DNA from: Spirochaetia bacterium
GTDB lineage: Bacteria; Spirochaetota; Spirochaetia; CADAEX01
Direction: 5' to 3'
Assembly (NCBI GenBank): GCA_045606105.1
Contig: JAZURI010000001.1
Coordinates: 32,001-96,000, forward strand
Length of the DNA stretch: 64,000 bases
The position numbers and the translations under genes were made by a program. A model generated the notes under the pieces. That model had not been told where the DNA came from. It was given only the letters and a program-made list of their open reading frames with translations, and made no database searches. This document shows, in pieces, positions 10,201-20,538 of this stretch (positions are counted from its first letter, which is position 1; each line of letters opens with the position of its first letter).

Positions 10201-10787
10201 CAGAACAGGACAGAAGGCTGGTATGGACCGAGACCGCAGCCGGAGAGGAACGGGATTACGGCATATTCAGGACATGTATATCGGAAATGAAGGCCCCTGA
10301 CGGCCGGGAAGGGAATTTCGTAAGGGTAAAGGCTCCTGACTGGATTTATATAGTTGCGGTAGTCAGGGACGACTCCGGCAGGGACTGCTTTCTTATGGTC
10401 CGGCAGTACAGGCACGGTACAGGAAGGATAACCACCGAGTTTCCGGCCGGAACGGTGGAGCCGGGTGAGGATCCCATGGAGACTGCATTCCGGGAGCTGA
10501 AGGAAGAGACCGGCTACGAGGCCGAAAAGATGACCCTGATAGGAAGCGTCAATACCCACTGTGCCATGATGAACAATACCTGTTATACTTTCTTTGCCGA
10601 AGGACTCAGGAAAACCTCAGGCCAGGATTTGGACTACGATGAGACCATAGATGTGGTCCTGGTGCCGGTGGAGGAGGCGGAAAAAGGGTTCGGCAGCGGG
10701 GAACTGACGGAGGCCATGTGCATATCTGCCCATTATTGGTACATTAAGATGAAAAAAATTGGTGCAGAATATGGACAAGAAAAATAA
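10197..10787 (+). CDS. NUDIX hydrolase (ADP-ribose pyrophosphatase-like)
   Basis: RQYR, Nudix box GTVEPGEDPMETAFRELKEETG. Confidence 0.9.
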   Translation: MTEQDRRLVWTETAAGEERDYGIFRTCISEMKAPDGREGNFVRVKAPDWIYIVAVVRDDSGRDCFLMVRQYRHGTGRITTEFPAGTVEPGEDPMETAFRELKEETGYEAEKMTLIGSVNTHCAMMNNTCYTFFAEGLRKTSGQDLDYDETIDVVLVPVEEAEKGFGSGELTEAMCISAHYWYIKMKKIGAEYGQEK

Positions 10788-10810
10788 TTATTGTTATAGT
10801 TAAACAACAC

Positions 10811-10882
10811 GGCGCCCTACCCAAGCGGTAAGGGAGCGGTCTGCAAAACCGTTATGCAGCGGTTCGAATCCGCTGGGCGCCT
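10811..10882 (+). tRNA. tRNA-Cys(GCA)
   Basis: GGCGCCC/GGGCGCC acceptor stem, CTGCAAA anticodon loop, GGTTCGAATCC T arm; no encoded CCA. Confidence 0.95.
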
Positions 10883-10886
10883 CTAT

Positions 10887-10913
10887 GTCTCCCTTTCGGG
10901 AGACTTTTTTTTT
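10887..10913 (+). terminator. Intrinsic terminator after tRNA-Cys
   Basis: GTCTCCC-TTTC-GGGAGAC followed by a long T run. Confidence 0.85.
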
Positions 10914-10932
10914 ACTTGGACGGGGTTCATGT

Positions 10933-11553
10933 ATGAAGTTTTATAGACTGCCTGTAGGTATGCTTCAGACCAACTGCTACATCCTTGCCTGTGAGGAAAC
11001 CGGGAAGGCTGTGATAGTGGATCCGGGAGCAGAGCCGGACAAGATAGAGGCACTTCTTGAAAAAGAGGGGCTTGAGCCTGTAATGATTATCAATACCCAC
11101 GGTCATTTCGACCATATCGGATGTAACGGCTATTTCCACAGACGGGGTATTCCTGTTGCAATCCACAGCGCCGATTCAGGGCTCATGATGGACGGCGGTG
11201 GTGCATCTCTTGCCGGTATTCCCACCGAGCTCAACGAAAAGCCGGACATTCTCCTTGAGGAGGGAGGCTCCGTGGAATTCGGAAACGAGAAGATTGAGGT
11301 TATCTTCACACCGGGACATACACCGGGACACATAGCTCTCTGGCACAGGGAGGGAAAGAAGCTTTTCAGCGGCGATTCCCTTTTCTTCAGAAGCATCGGA
11401 CGGACCGACCTTCCCGGCGGAGACTACGACCTTCTTCTGGAAACACTGAATGAAAAAATCCTTACACTGCCGGCCGATACCGAGGTTTTTCCGGGGCACG
11501 GCCCTTCAACTGACATAATGTCGGAAAAACGGTTCAATCCGTGGTTCCAGTGA
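10933..11553 (+). CDS. MBL-fold metallo-hydrolase (glyoxalase II-like)
   Basis: THGHFDH, TPGHTPG, FSGD, PGHG. Confidence 0.9.
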   Translation: MKFYRLPVGMLQTNCYILACEETGKAVIVDPGAEPDKIEALLEKEGLEPVMIINTHGHFDHIGCNGYFHRRGIPVAIHSADSGLMMDGGGASLAGIPTELNEKPDILLEEGGSVEFGNEKIEVIFTPGHTPGHIALWHREGKKLFSGDSLFFRSIGRTDLPGGDYDLLLETLNEKILTLPADTEVFPGHGPSTDIMSEKRFNPWFQ

Positions 11554-11563
11554 AAAAAGGGGG

Positions 11564-12364
11564 ATGACATTGGAAACAGTACTTAAGCTTGGAATGGTAT
11601 TTCTTGCCGTAGCATCAATATTCTTTCTTTCATACATATATCCTAATATCAAGACACCGAAGTGGGAAAGAAAGATAATTTCCGCAAGATATCTCAGGGA
11701 AAGAAAGCATTTCGACCTGGCAGATGAAATGATTGAGAAGACAATCGGTGAGTTTCCCGACAAGATTCCCCTTTATCTGGTCTATTATCAGTTTTACTCC
11801 ACACCGGAGGACATGAAAAAGATATATGATATCTTTGCCCGCGGGTACGAGCTTACAAAGGATACGGGACTGGGGGTTATCATGGCCCGCTTTCTTATCG
11901 AGGAGGGAGATACCGAAAAGGCTGCTCCGCTGCTTGAGGGAATCAAGGCTGAGGAATTCATGCTTACCCAGAACATGCCTGTATGGGCCGAATATCATTA
12001 CCGCAGAGGCGAGCTGGCCGAAGCTGAAAAGGCATTTGTGGATTTCTACGGAAAGCTTTATCCCGGCATTACCGAAGAGAAGGATCTCCTGTCAAATCTC
12101 CGTACCAATGAGCTGGCATTTCTCCCGCTGGTGAGAAGGCTTCAGGGAAAGAACTGGCGTACCGCCGTGGAATACATTCCTGTAAAATCCATCATGGAGG
12201 AAGAGGACTGGCTTTCATACTACCGTCAGCTGAAGGAAGAAAAAGGTTCCCTTACAGTGACATCCGGTATATACGGTCCTGTAGAAAATCTTTTTGAGTT
12301 CAGAAACGGTGAGCTCGAAAAGAAAACAGATATGCTCCGTGAAATTATGAAGATTTATACCTGA
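11564..12364 (+). CDS. Hypothetical membrane-anchored TPR-like protein
   Basis: N-terminal TM helix followed by helical repeats. Confidence 0.55.
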   Translation: MTLETVLKLGMVFLAVASIFFLSYIYPNIKTPKWERKIISARYLRERKHFDLADEMIEKTIGEFPDKIPLYLVYYQFYSTPEDMKKIYDIFARGYELTKDTGLGVIMARFLIEEGDTEKAAPLLEGIKAEEFMLTQNMPVWAEYHYRRGELAEAEKAFVDFYGKLYPGITEEKDLLSNLRTNELAFLPLVRRLQGKNWRTAVEYIPVKSIMEEEDWLSYYRQLKEEKGSLTVTSGIYGPVENLFEFRNGELEKKTDMLREIMKIYT

Positions 12365-12629
12365 AATCATCTATGATTGCCTGTATATGGGCAATCTGGA
12401 TTTCAGTAAGGCCTTCTGTTATAAGATAATGTTTTTCTGATCTTCCAAGAAGGAAATCGGTGGAAACGTCAAAATAGTCGGCAATTCTAATCAGCATATC
12501 TATTGAAGGCATGATGTTATCATTTTCCCAGTTTGAGATACTCTGTTTTGAGACTCCGAGGGTTTTTGCCAGTGTTGTCTGGCTGATACTTTTCTTGGTT
12601 CTAAGTAATTTTATTCTTTCGTTAAGCAT
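12345..12629 (-). CDS. XRE-family HTH regulator
   Basis: SQTTLAKTLGVSKQSISNWEN...FDVSTDFLLG. Confidence 0.88.
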   Translation of the reverse strand: MLNERIKLLRTKKSISQTTLAKTLGVSKQSISNWENDNIMPSIDMLIRIADYFDVSTDFLLGRSEKHYLITEGLTEIQIAHIQAIIDDFRYKSS

Positions 12630-12827
12630 AAGTGACCCAATTTGTTTTTTAATAACTAAAAAAGTATATTTTAAAATCTTGCTTCATAATAAATACTAAA
12701 GTATTGAAACAGTTGCTTACAAGTATCTGTATTTTGTATTTTTTTATTTTTTAAGTCTATTGTAAGAAAAATCCGTTTGCTATATATTGATTATACCATA
12801 TTTTTATGTGTTTTCGTGGAGGAAGTT

Positions 12828-13037
12828 TTGATAGGAAAACCTATAATATCCATTCAACGCTGTAAGGGCTGCGGACTTTGTATCGGTTCATGCCCTAAGA
12901 ACATCCTTGAAATGTCAAAAGAGACAAACAGGCAGGGTGTTCACTATCCGGTGTGTATAAATGAAGAGGCATGCATCGCTTGTACATTCTGTGCAACCAT
13001 GTGTCCTGATGTAGCAATTGAAATTATAAAATATTAA
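12828..13037 (+). CDS. 2[4Fe-4S] ferredoxin subunit of 2-oxoacid:ferredoxin oxidoreductase
   Basis: Two CxxCxxCxxxCP motifs; TTG start after GGAGG. Confidence 0.88.
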   Translation: MIGKPIISIQRCKGCGLCIGSCPKNILEMSKETNRQGVHYPVCINEEACIACTFCATMCPDVAIEIIKY

Positions 13038-13051
13038 AAGAGTGTTTTGAT

Positions 13052-14101
13052 ATGAGTGAAAAAATTCTTATGAAAGGAAATGAAGCGATAGGAGAAGCCG
13101 CAATCCTCGCCGGTTGCCGCCACTATTTTGCTTATCCTATTACTCCTCAGAATGAAATTCCTGCTTATCTGGCAAAGAGAATGCCTGAAATCGGAGGTAC
13201 TTTCCTTCAGGCCGAAAGCGAGCTTGCTGCCGTAAGCATGGTTATGGGTGCTGCTGCCGGCGGTGCCAGAGTAATGACATCATCATCTTCCCCGGGAATC
13301 TCCCTCAAGCAGGAAGGAATTTCATATATGTCAGGAGCTCAGCTCCCTGCAGTTATCGTCAACATGATGAGAGGCGGTCCGGGTCTCGGAAATATCGCAG
13401 GTGCCCAGGGAGACTACTTCCAGGCAACACGCGGAGGCGGAAACGGAGATTATCATGTTCTGGTCATCGCACCGGGAACAGTACAGGAGCTTGCCGACTA
13501 TACAGTAAAGGCTTTCGAGCTTGCAGACAAATACAGGATTGTTGTAATGATCCTGGGAGACGGATATCTGGGACAGATGTCTGAGCCTCTCGTATTCCCT
13601 AAGGCTGTTGAAAAGCTTCCTGAAAAGGACTGGGCTCTCACAGGTGCAAAGGGAAGAGATCCTCACATCATCGCATCCCTCAGACTCAATCCGGACAACT
13701 ATCTGGAGCAGCATGTATACAATCTCATGAAGATCTACGGCGAAATCGAGGAAAACGAGGTTATCTACGATACCCAGTATATGGATGATGCCGATTTCAT
13801 GATCGTTTCCTACGGTACATGTTCAAGAATCTGCAAGAAGGCAATCAGGGCTCTCAGGGCAGAGGGAATCAAGGTAGGACTTTTCAGACCGATCACACTG
13901 TGGCCATTCCCAAAGAAGGAAATTGCAGAATATGCAAAGAAGGTAAAGAAGATCCTTACAGTTGAAATGAGCATGGGACAGATGGTTCAGGATGTTCAGA
14001 TCAATGCCGGAAAATATGCCGATATCGATTTCTACGGCAGACCGGGCGGAATGCTTCCTGAGGTAGACAAAATCATTCAGAGGGTTAAGAGTTATGTCTG
14101 A
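13052..14101 (+). CDS. vorB: 2-oxoacid:ferredoxin oxidoreductase alpha subunit (VorB-like)
   Basis: MKGNEA, YPITPQ, QAESE, TSSSSPG, RGGPGLG. Confidence 0.8.
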   Translation: MSEKILMKGNEAIGEAAILAGCRHYFAYPITPQNEIPAYLAKRMPEIGGTFLQAESELAAVSMVMGAAAGGARVMTSSSSPGISLKQEGISYMSGAQLPAVIVNMMRGGPGLGNIAGAQGDYFQATRGGGNGDYHVLVIAPGTVQELADYTVKAFELADKYRIVVMILGDGYLGQMSEPLVFPKAVEKLPEKDWALTGAKGRDPHIIASLRLNPDNYLEQHVYNLMKIYGEIEENEVIYDTQYMDDADFMIVSYGTCSRICKKAIRALRAEGIKVGLFRPITLWPFPKKEIAEYAKKVKKILTVEMSMGQMVQDVQINAGKYADIDFYGRPGGMLPEVDKIIQRVKSYV

Positions 14102-14849
14102 AGAAAAAATTTATTCATTTCCTAAATCATTGAAGGATGTAAATACACATTACTGTGCAGGCTGCGGACACGGAATCGTGCACAAGCTCATTGCCCAGAT
14201 CATGGATGAGTTCGGAATCCAGGAAAAGACCCTTCTGGTTGCTCCTGTAGGATGTTCCGTTCTTGCATACAACTATATCAAGGCTGACGGACTTGAAGCA
14301 GCTCACGGAAGAGCTCCTGCGGTTTCAACAGGACTCAAGAGAGTTCACAAGGACAAGATCGTTATCTGCTACCAGGGAGACGGAGACCTTCTGGCTATCG
14401 GTACAGGCGAGACAGTTCATGCCGCAAACAGAGGAGAACATATTACCGTTATCTTCATCAACAACGCTATCTACGGTATGACAGGCGGACAGATGGCTCC
14501 TACCACAATGGAAGGACAGGTAACCAAGACCACTCCTTACGGAAGAAATCCTTCTGAAGTGGGCTGGCCTATCAGAGCCTGTGAAATGCTCAATACCCTT
14601 GAGGCTCCTTACTACATCGAGCGCTGCAGTGTTCACGATGTAAAGAGCATCAACAAGACCAAGAAAGCCATCAGAAAGGCTCTCCAGTATCAGATGGAGG
14701 ACAGAGGATACTCCTTCGTTGAGATTCTTTCCATGTGTCCTACAAACTGGGGTATCGCACCTGACAAGGCTGCAGACTGGGTTCGCGATGTAATGGGCGA
14801 GTACTATCCTGTAAAACTGTTCAGGGATAAAGGAGCGGAAACAAAATGA
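14094..14849 (+). CDS. 2-oxoacid:ferredoxin oxidoreductase beta (TPP-binding) subunit
   Basis: YCAGCGHG, GDGD...NN.IYGMTGGQ, CPTNW. Confidence 0.9.
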   Translation: MSEEKIYSFPKSLKDVNTHYCAGCGHGIVHKLIAQIMDEFGIQEKTLLVAPVGCSVLAYNYIKADGLEAAHGRAPAVSTGLKRVHKDKIVICYQGDGDLLAIGTGETVHAANRGEHITVIFINNAIYGMTGGQMAPTTMEGQVTKTTPYGRNPSEVGWPIRACEMLNTLEAPYYIERCSVHDVKSINKTKKAIRKALQYQMEDRGYSFVEILSMCPTNWGIAPDKAADWVRDVMGEYYPVKLFRDKGAETK

Positions 14850-15391
14850 CAAAAGAGATAATTTTTGCCGGCTTCGGCGGTCAGGGTGTTATTCTGGCCG
14901 GAAAGATTCTTTGTATCGCAGCAATGAAAGAGGATAAGTATGTTTCTCATATCCCATCCTACGGAGCTGAAATGAGAGGGGGAACAGCAAACTGCAGTGT
15001 GGTTATCGCAGACGAGGAAATCGCATCTCCTGTAGTTGAAAACCCGGATATCTGTATTGTTCTCAACAAGCCTTCAATGGACAAGTTCGTACCAAGAATG
15101 AAGAAGGGCGGAGTTCTTATTTACAATACATCACTTATCGAGGATAAACCTTCAAGGGATGATATTACAGTTATCGGAATCGATGCAAACAAGGTAGCTG
15201 CAGAAAACGGAAGCGAAAGAGCTGCAAACATGGTGGCACTGGGTGCTCTCGTTAAGGCTGAGCCATGGCTTTCAAAGGTGGAATCCTTCGAATATGCTCT
15301 TGATCAGGCTATTTCCGCAAGAAACAAGAAATTCAACGAAATTAACCTTAAAGTCATTAAGGCTGGTTTTGACCTAATTACAAAGGCGTAG
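14846..15391 (+). CDS. 2-oxoacid:ferredoxin oxidoreductase gamma subunit
   Basis: AGFGGQGV, SYGAEMRGG, NMVALG. Confidence 0.9.
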   Translation: MTKEIIFAGFGGQGVILAGKILCIAAMKEDKYVSHIPSYGAEMRGGTANCSVVIADEEIASPVVENPDICIVLNKPSMDKFVPRMKKGGVLIYNTSLIEDKPSRDDITVIGIDANKVAAENGSERAANMVALGALVKAEPWLSKVESFEYALDQAISARNKKFNEINLKVIKAGFDLITKA

Positions 15392-15420
15392 GCTTTCTGT
15401 AGTAAGCTGTTATTGCACAA

Positions 15421-15450
15421 AGCCGAGGAAGTAAAGCCTCGGCTTTTTTT
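15421..15450 (+). terminator. Intrinsic terminator after the oxidoreductase operon
   Basis: AGCCGAGG...CCTCGGCT followed by a T run. Confidence 0.8.
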
Positions 15451-15500
15451 ATCTTAATACGAATATTTTTTAAATTTTTTATATAAATTTGGAGGAAAAA

Positions 15501-16076
15501 ATGAGTCAGAAAAACAAAATCGGAGCCAGAATCAAGCTTTTCAGGGAAAGCAGGAACCTTACTATTGAAGATATTGCAGAAAGATCAGGTCTTGCACTGG
15601 GCGAAGTTAAGGCAATCGAAAACGGAGATCTAATTCCGGGACTCACTCCTCTAATTAAAATTGCACGTGTTCTCTGTGTAAGTCTGGGAACCTTCCTGGA
15701 CGATGTGGAAAATATCGGCCCTGTGGTAAACAGGAAGAACGAGGAAAAGGAAGTGAACAGGTTTTCCGAAAAGGAGAATGCCCAGACTTCCGATCTTAAC
15801 TTCTTCTCTCTTGCACAGAACAAGACCGGACGCCATATGGAGCCGTTTGTTATCGACGTGCTTCCGGGCTCCAGCAAGGATTTCCATCTTTCAACCCATG
15901 AGGGAGAGGAATTTATCTTTGTCCTGAAGGGAAAGATCGAGGTAATCTACGGAAAAGACAAATATGAACTTTCGGCAGGAGACAGTATCTACTACGATTC
16001 AATCGTGCATCATCATCTCCATGCGGCAGAGGATGCCCCTGCAAAAATTCTGGCTGTGGTTTATACACCGGCATAA
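15501..16076 (+). CDS. XRE HTH-cupin regulator (copy 1)
   Basis: N-terminal HTH; cupin HEGEEF...GDSIYYDS...H. Confidence 0.88.
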   Translation: MSQKNKIGARIKLFRESRNLTIEDIAERSGLALGEVKAIENGDLIPGLTPLIKIARVLCVSLGTFLDDVENIGPVVNRKNEEKEVNRFSEKENAQTSDLNFFSLAQNKTGRHMEPFVIDVLPGSSKDFHLSTHEGEEFIFVLKGKIEVIYGKDKYELSAGDSIYYDSIVHHHLHAAEDAPAKILAVVYTPA

Positions 16077-16085
16077 GGAGCAGAC

Positions 16086-17726
16086 ATGTTTGAAGTAACC
16101 TTGAGCGAAATGCTCAGACAGAAAACCAAGGAAAATCCCGATCAGGAATTCATGGTTTATGCAGACCGTGATCTCCGTTTTACATATGCTGAATTTGACA
16201 AAAGGGTCGATCATCTGGCCAAGGGGCTCCTGGCTATAGGAATAAAGAAGGGAGATAATGTGGGTATCTGGGCCACAAACGTGCCGGACTGGCTTACATT
16301 CCTTTTTGCCACAGCAAGAATCGGTGCCGTTTTCGTAACCGTAAACACAAATTACAAGCTCAGTGAGCTGGAATATCTGGTAAAGCAGTCTGATATTACC
16401 ACACTCTGCCTTTCCAGCGGTTTCAGGGACAACGACTATGTGGAAATGGTAAGACAGCTGGTACCTGAAGTTGATTATTACGAAAGGGGATATCTCAAAT
16501 CCAAGAAATTTCCTTTCCTTAAGAATATCGTATATATCGGACAGAAGAAGCATCACGGAATGTTCTCCACACAGGAGATCATGCTTCTGGGACAGCATGT
16601 GGACGATAAGGTGCTTCAGAAGGCTGAGGCTGCCGTTGATATCCACGATGTGGTGAATATGCAGTATACATCGGGAACCACAGGCTTCCCTAAAGGGGTA
16701 ATGCTTACTCATTACAATATCCTCAACAACGGATACTATATCGGAGAAAGCATGAAGTATACATCCAAGGAAAGGGTGTGTCTGCCGGTACCACTGTTCC
16801 ACTGCTTCGGTATTGTTCTCGGTGTCATGGCTATCTTTACCCACGGCGCCACACATGTAATGCTGGAACAGTTTGATCCGCTTCTGGCCCTGGCTTCCAT
16901 ACACAAGGAAAGGTGTACCGCCATCTACGGGGTGCCTACCATGTTCATAGCGGAACTGAACCATCCTATGTTCAAGATGTTTGACATGTCCTCTCTCAGA
17001 ACAGGAATCATGGCCGGTTCCCAGTGTCCTGTGGAGCTTATGAAGAGAGTAGTCAACGAGATGAACATGCGGGATATAACCAGCGTATACGGTCTTACCG
17101 AGGCATCTCCGGGCATGACCCAGAGTACCACTCTGGACCCGATTGAAAAGAGGGTGACCACAGTAGGAAAGGAGCTTCCGTTCATCGATGTAAAGGTCCT
17201 GAATCCGGAAACCCTGGAGGAGTGTCCGCCTGAAACAGTGGGCGAGCTCTGCTGCAAGGGATACAATATCATGAAGGGCTATTACAAGATGCCTGAGGAG
17301 ACAGCCAAGATCATAGACAGAAACGGCTATCTCCATTCCGGAGACCTGGGTCTGAAAACCAAGGACGGTTACTTCAAGGTTACCGGAAGAATCAAGGATA
17401 TGATTATCCGCGGCGGTGAAAACATCTATCCTATGGAAATAGAGGAATTCCTCCGTCTTATGCCTGAAATCAAGGATGTACAGGTGGCAGCCATTCCGGA
17501 CGAGAGATACGGAGAGGTGGCAGGCGCTTTCATTATTCTTCATGAGGGCAAGAGCCTGACAGAGGAAAAGGTAAAGGACTTCTGCCGTCAGAAGATATCA
17601 AGATACAAGATTCCACAGTATGTATTTTTCCTGGATCACGATTTTCCTATGACAGGAAGCGGAAAGATCCAGAAATTCAAGCTCACCGAGCTGGGAGTGG
17701 AACTGCTTAAAAAAAGGGAGGTTTAA
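16086..17726 (+). CDS. AMP-dependent acyl-CoA synthetase (copy 1)
   Basis: [40 protein letters not shown]. Confidence 0.92.
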   Translation: MFEVTLSEMLRQKTKENPDQEFMVYADRDLRFTYAEFDKRVDHLAKGLLAIGIKKGDNVGIWATNVPDWLTFLFATARIGAVFVTVNTNYKLSELEYLVKQSDITTLCLSSGFRDNDYVEMVRQLVPEVDYYERGYLKSKKFPFLKNIVYIGQKKHHGMFSTQEIMLLGQHVDDKVLQKAEAAVDIHDVVNMQYTSGTTGFPKGVMLTHYNILNNGYYIGESMKYTSKERVCLPVPLFHCFGIVLGVMAIFTHGATHVMLEQFDPLLALASIHKERCTAIYGVPTMFIAELNHPMFKMFDMSSLRTGIMAGSQCPVELMKRVVNEMNMRDITSVYGLTEASPGMTQSTTLDPIEKRVTTVGKELPFIDVKVLNPETLEECPPETVGELCCKGYNIMKGYYKMPEETAKIIDRNGYLHSGDLGLKTKDGYFKVTGRIKDMIIRGGENIYPMEIEEFLRLMPEIKDVQVAAIPDERYGEVAGAFIILHEGKSLTEEKVKDFCRQKISRYKIPQYVFFLDHDFPMTGSGKIQKFKLTELGVELLKKREV

Positions 17727-18278
17727 ATGAGTGATGAAATGAAAATGGTAGCTGAAAGACTCAAGGGGCTCAGGGAAATCATGGATGTAACACCTGAAGA
17801 AGCAGCAGAAGTATGCCGTCTCGGGGTAGAGGATTACATCAGGCTGGAAACCGGTACAGTGGATATTCCCGTAGGTGTTCTCCAGAGCATGGCCAAGAAA
17901 TACAATTTCGAACTTACCACTCTTATTTCGGGTGATGAGCCTCATATGCGCCATTATTTTGTAACAAGAAAGGGCAAGGGTCTTTCCATCGAAAGACGCC
18001 GCGATTATAAGTATCAGTCTCTGGCTTACGGTTTTGCCGACAGGAAGGCAGATCCGTTCATGGTGGTGGCGTCATCCGAAGACGCCGGTCCCATTCACTT
18101 CAACTCACATCCGGGCCAGGAGTTCAACTACATTATTGAGGGGTCCCTGAAGCTGGTTATCGACAATAAGGAACTTATTCTTGAAGAAGGGGATTCCATA
18201 TATTTTGATGCCACAAAACCTCATGGAATGAAAGCTCTTAATGGCAGAGATGCCAAATTTCTGGCAATTATTTTTTAA
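17727..18278 (+). CDS. XRE HTH-cupin regulator (copy 2)
   Basis: HTH plus HPGQEFNY...GDSIYFD...PHG. Confidence 0.88.
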   Translation: MSDEMKMVAERLKGLREIMDVTPEEAAEVCRLGVEDYIRLETGTVDIPVGVLQSMAKKYNFELTTLISGDEPHMRHYFVTRKGKGLSIERRRDYKYQSLAYGFADRKADPFMVVASSEDAGPIHFNSHPGQEFNYIIEGSLKLVIDNKELILEEGDSIYFDATKPHGMKALNGRDAKFLAIIF

Positions 18279-18292
18279 GGATTTTATTTGCA

Positions 18293-19945
18293 ATGTTAGT
18301 TGAAAAATTTGTAAACAGAACTGAATTCTCGTCATATGACGATTTCTATAATAATTTTGAACTTAAGGTGCCTGACAATTTCAACTTCGCCTTCGATGTG
18401 ATAGATGAACTTGCAGAAAAGATACCGGACGGCAGAGCCATGATATGGCTTGACGACAGAGGTGATTACAGGGAATTCACCTTTGCACAGCTCAAGGAAT
18501 GCAGCGACAGGACAGCAGCTTTCTTCAGGAGCATGGGAATAGGAAAAGGGGATATGGTAATGCTTATCCTCCAGAGAAGGTATGAATGGTGGTTCTCCAT
18601 GATTGCACTTCACAGGCTTGGTGCCGTATGTATTCCGGCAACCCACATGCTGACCAAGGAAGACATCGTGTTCCGTAATAACGCCGCTGAGATAAAGATG
18701 ATTCTTGCGGTAAACGACGGCGATATACCATCCCACGTGGAGTCAGCTATGCCCGATTCTCCTACAGTAAAGCATCTGGTTATGGTGGGAGGAAAAAGGG
18801 ATGGCTGGATAAGCTTTGAAGAGGGCTTTGAAAAGGCAGCCCCGGAGAAGTTCGAACGCGTTACCGAAAACAGCGATATCTCACTTATATATTTTACATC
18901 CGGAACCACAAACCACCCGAAAATGGTGGCTCATGATTTCCTTTATCCTCTGGGACATATCGTTACAGGTTTTTTCTGGCATAACGTAAGACCGGGCGGA
19001 ATTCACCTGACCGTGGCCGACACAGGCTGGGGAAAGGCTGTCTGGGGCAAGTTCTACGGACAGTGGATAAGCGAGGGAACAGTATTCGTTTACGATTACC
19101 ATGCAAGATTCAAGGCTGTGGATCTGGTGGACCTGATACAGAAATACAGGATAACATCCTTCTGTGCTCCCCCTACAATCTACCGCTTCCTTATCCAGGA
19201 GGATCTTTCCGGGTACGACCTTTCTTCCCTGCAGCACTGCACCACAGCCGGCGAGCCTCTTTCCGACGAGGTATTCAACCGCTGGAAGCAGATAACAGGG
19301 CTCAGCATCAGGGAGGGCTTCGGACAGACAGAAACCACTCTTTCTCTCCTGAACTTTGCGGGAGATTCCATGATCAAGCCGGGTGCGGTGGGAAAACCGG
19401 CCCCTTATTACAGGACCGTAATCCTTGACAGCGAAAACAAGGAGTGCGAGGACGGAGAAGTGGGAGAAATCGCTTTCCCTATCAAGGATGGGCATTTTCC
19501 GGGACTTTTCAGGGAATATTACAAGGATGAAGCCAAGACCAAAGCTGTAATGAGGGACGGCTTCTACTTTACCGGAGATACCGCCTGGAGGGACGAGGAC
19601 GGATTCTTCTGGTTTACCGGCCGTAACGACGATGTTATAAAATGCTCAGGCTACAGAATCGGAACCTTTGAGGTGGAAAGCGTGCTTATGCAGCATCCGG
19701 CCGTGGTGGAATGTGCCGTTACAGGGGCTCCCGATCCGGTAAGAGGACAGGTGGTCAAGGCTACAATCGTCCTCGCAGCGGCATACAGACCGGGCAATGA
19801 TGAGTTGGTAAAGGATATCCAGACATTTGTAAAGAATGTTACCGCTCCTTACAAATATCCGAGAATAGTTGAGTTTACCGATGAGCTTCCTAAGACAATC
19901 AGCGGAAAGATCAAGAGAAAGGATCTCCGGGAAGCATCAAAATAG
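18293..19945 (+). CDS. AMP-dependent short/medium-chain acyl-CoA synthetase (copy 2)
   Basis: FTSGTT.HPK, DTGWGK, FGQTET, PYKYPR, PKTISGKI. Confidence 0.92.
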   Translation: MLVEKFVNRTEFSSYDDFYNNFELKVPDNFNFAFDVIDELAEKIPDGRAMIWLDDRGDYREFTFAQLKECSDRTAAFFRSMGIGKGDMVMLILQRRYEWWFSMIALHRLGAVCIPATHMLTKEDIVFRNNAAEIKMILAVNDGDIPSHVESAMPDSPTVKHLVMVGGKRDGWISFEEGFEKAAPEKFERVTENSDISLIYFTSGTTNHPKMVAHDFLYPLGHIVTGFFWHNVRPGGIHLTVADTGWGKAVWGKFYGQWISEGTVFVYDYHARFKAVDLVDLIQKYRITSFCAPPTIYRFLIQEDLSGYDLSSLQHCTTAGEPLSDEVFNRWKQITGLSIREGFGQTETTLSLLNFAGDSMIKPGAVGKPAPYYRTVILDSENKECEDGEVGEIAFPIKDGHFPGLFREYYKDEAKTKAVMRDGFYFTGDTAWRDEDGFFWFTGRNDDVIKCSGYRIGTFEVESVLMQHPAVVECAVTGAPDPVRGQVVKATIVLAAAYRPGNDELVKDIQTFVKNVTAPYKYPRIVEFTDELPKTISGKIKRKDLREASK

Positions 19946-19953
19946 GAGGAACC

Positions 19954-20508
19954 ATGAATACACAGGTCAAGGCAGTTGCAGCCCGTCTCAGGGAACTGCG
20001 CGAAATTATGGATGTTACACCGGAAGAAGCGGCAGAGGTATGCGGCGTTTCGGTAGAGCGTTATCTTGAACTCGAATCAGGAAACACCGATATTCCTATC
20101 AGCGTCATGTTCTGCATGGGAAAGAAGTTCAATATGGATATGAATTCATTCCTTTCGGGAGAGGATTCCAGGAAGGTTTCTTATTTTGTCACCCCTAAGG
20201 ACAAGGGAATAGTGGTGGACAGGCTTGCCGATTACCATTTCGAATCCCTGGCCTACGGTTTTGCCAACAGAAAGGCAGATCCGTTTCTGGTAACAATCAA
20301 TCCGGGACAGATTCCGGTGATTCATCCCACAACCCATCCGGGACAGGAGTTCAACTATGTTATCGAGGGCTCCGTAAGGGTACAGATCGGAAACAGCTCC
20401 GTGGTGCTCAACGAGGGGGATTCCATCTATTTCGATTCTTCACTTCCTCACGGACAGCAGAATGCCGATGACAGAAGGTGTAGATTTATTACAATAATTT
20501 TATTATAA
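19954..20508 (+). CDS. XRE HTH-cupin regulator (copy 3)
   Basis: Close paralog of copy 2 (REIMDVTPEEAAEVC; SLAYGFA.RKADPF; HPGQEFNY). Confidence 0.88.
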   Translation: MNTQVKAVAARLRELREIMDVTPEEAAEVCGVSVERYLELESGNTDIPISVMFCMGKKFNMDMNSFLSGEDSRKVSYFVTPKDKGIVVDRLADYHFESLAYGFANRKADPFLVTINPGQIPVIHPTTHPGQEFNYVIEGSVRVQIGNSSVVLNEGDSIYFDSSLPHGQQNADDRRCRFITIILL

Positions 20509-20538
20509 AATAATAGGACACGATTTAAGGAAATAATA

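Noticed and set aside
10811-10882. tRNA-Cys as prophage or island attachment site
   Set aside because: No integrase, no duplicated tRNA 3' end seen, and the phage is transposase-based
12692-12705. AATACT-AA-AGTATT as operator of the divergent XRE gene
   Set aside because: Short palindrome in very AT-rich DNA; too weak to call
15999-17543. Long antisense ORFs (514 aa here; also 1832-2776, 7112-7972, 9361-10197, 54668-55687)
   Set aside because: Shadow frames of well-supported genes on the opposite strand, with no motifs
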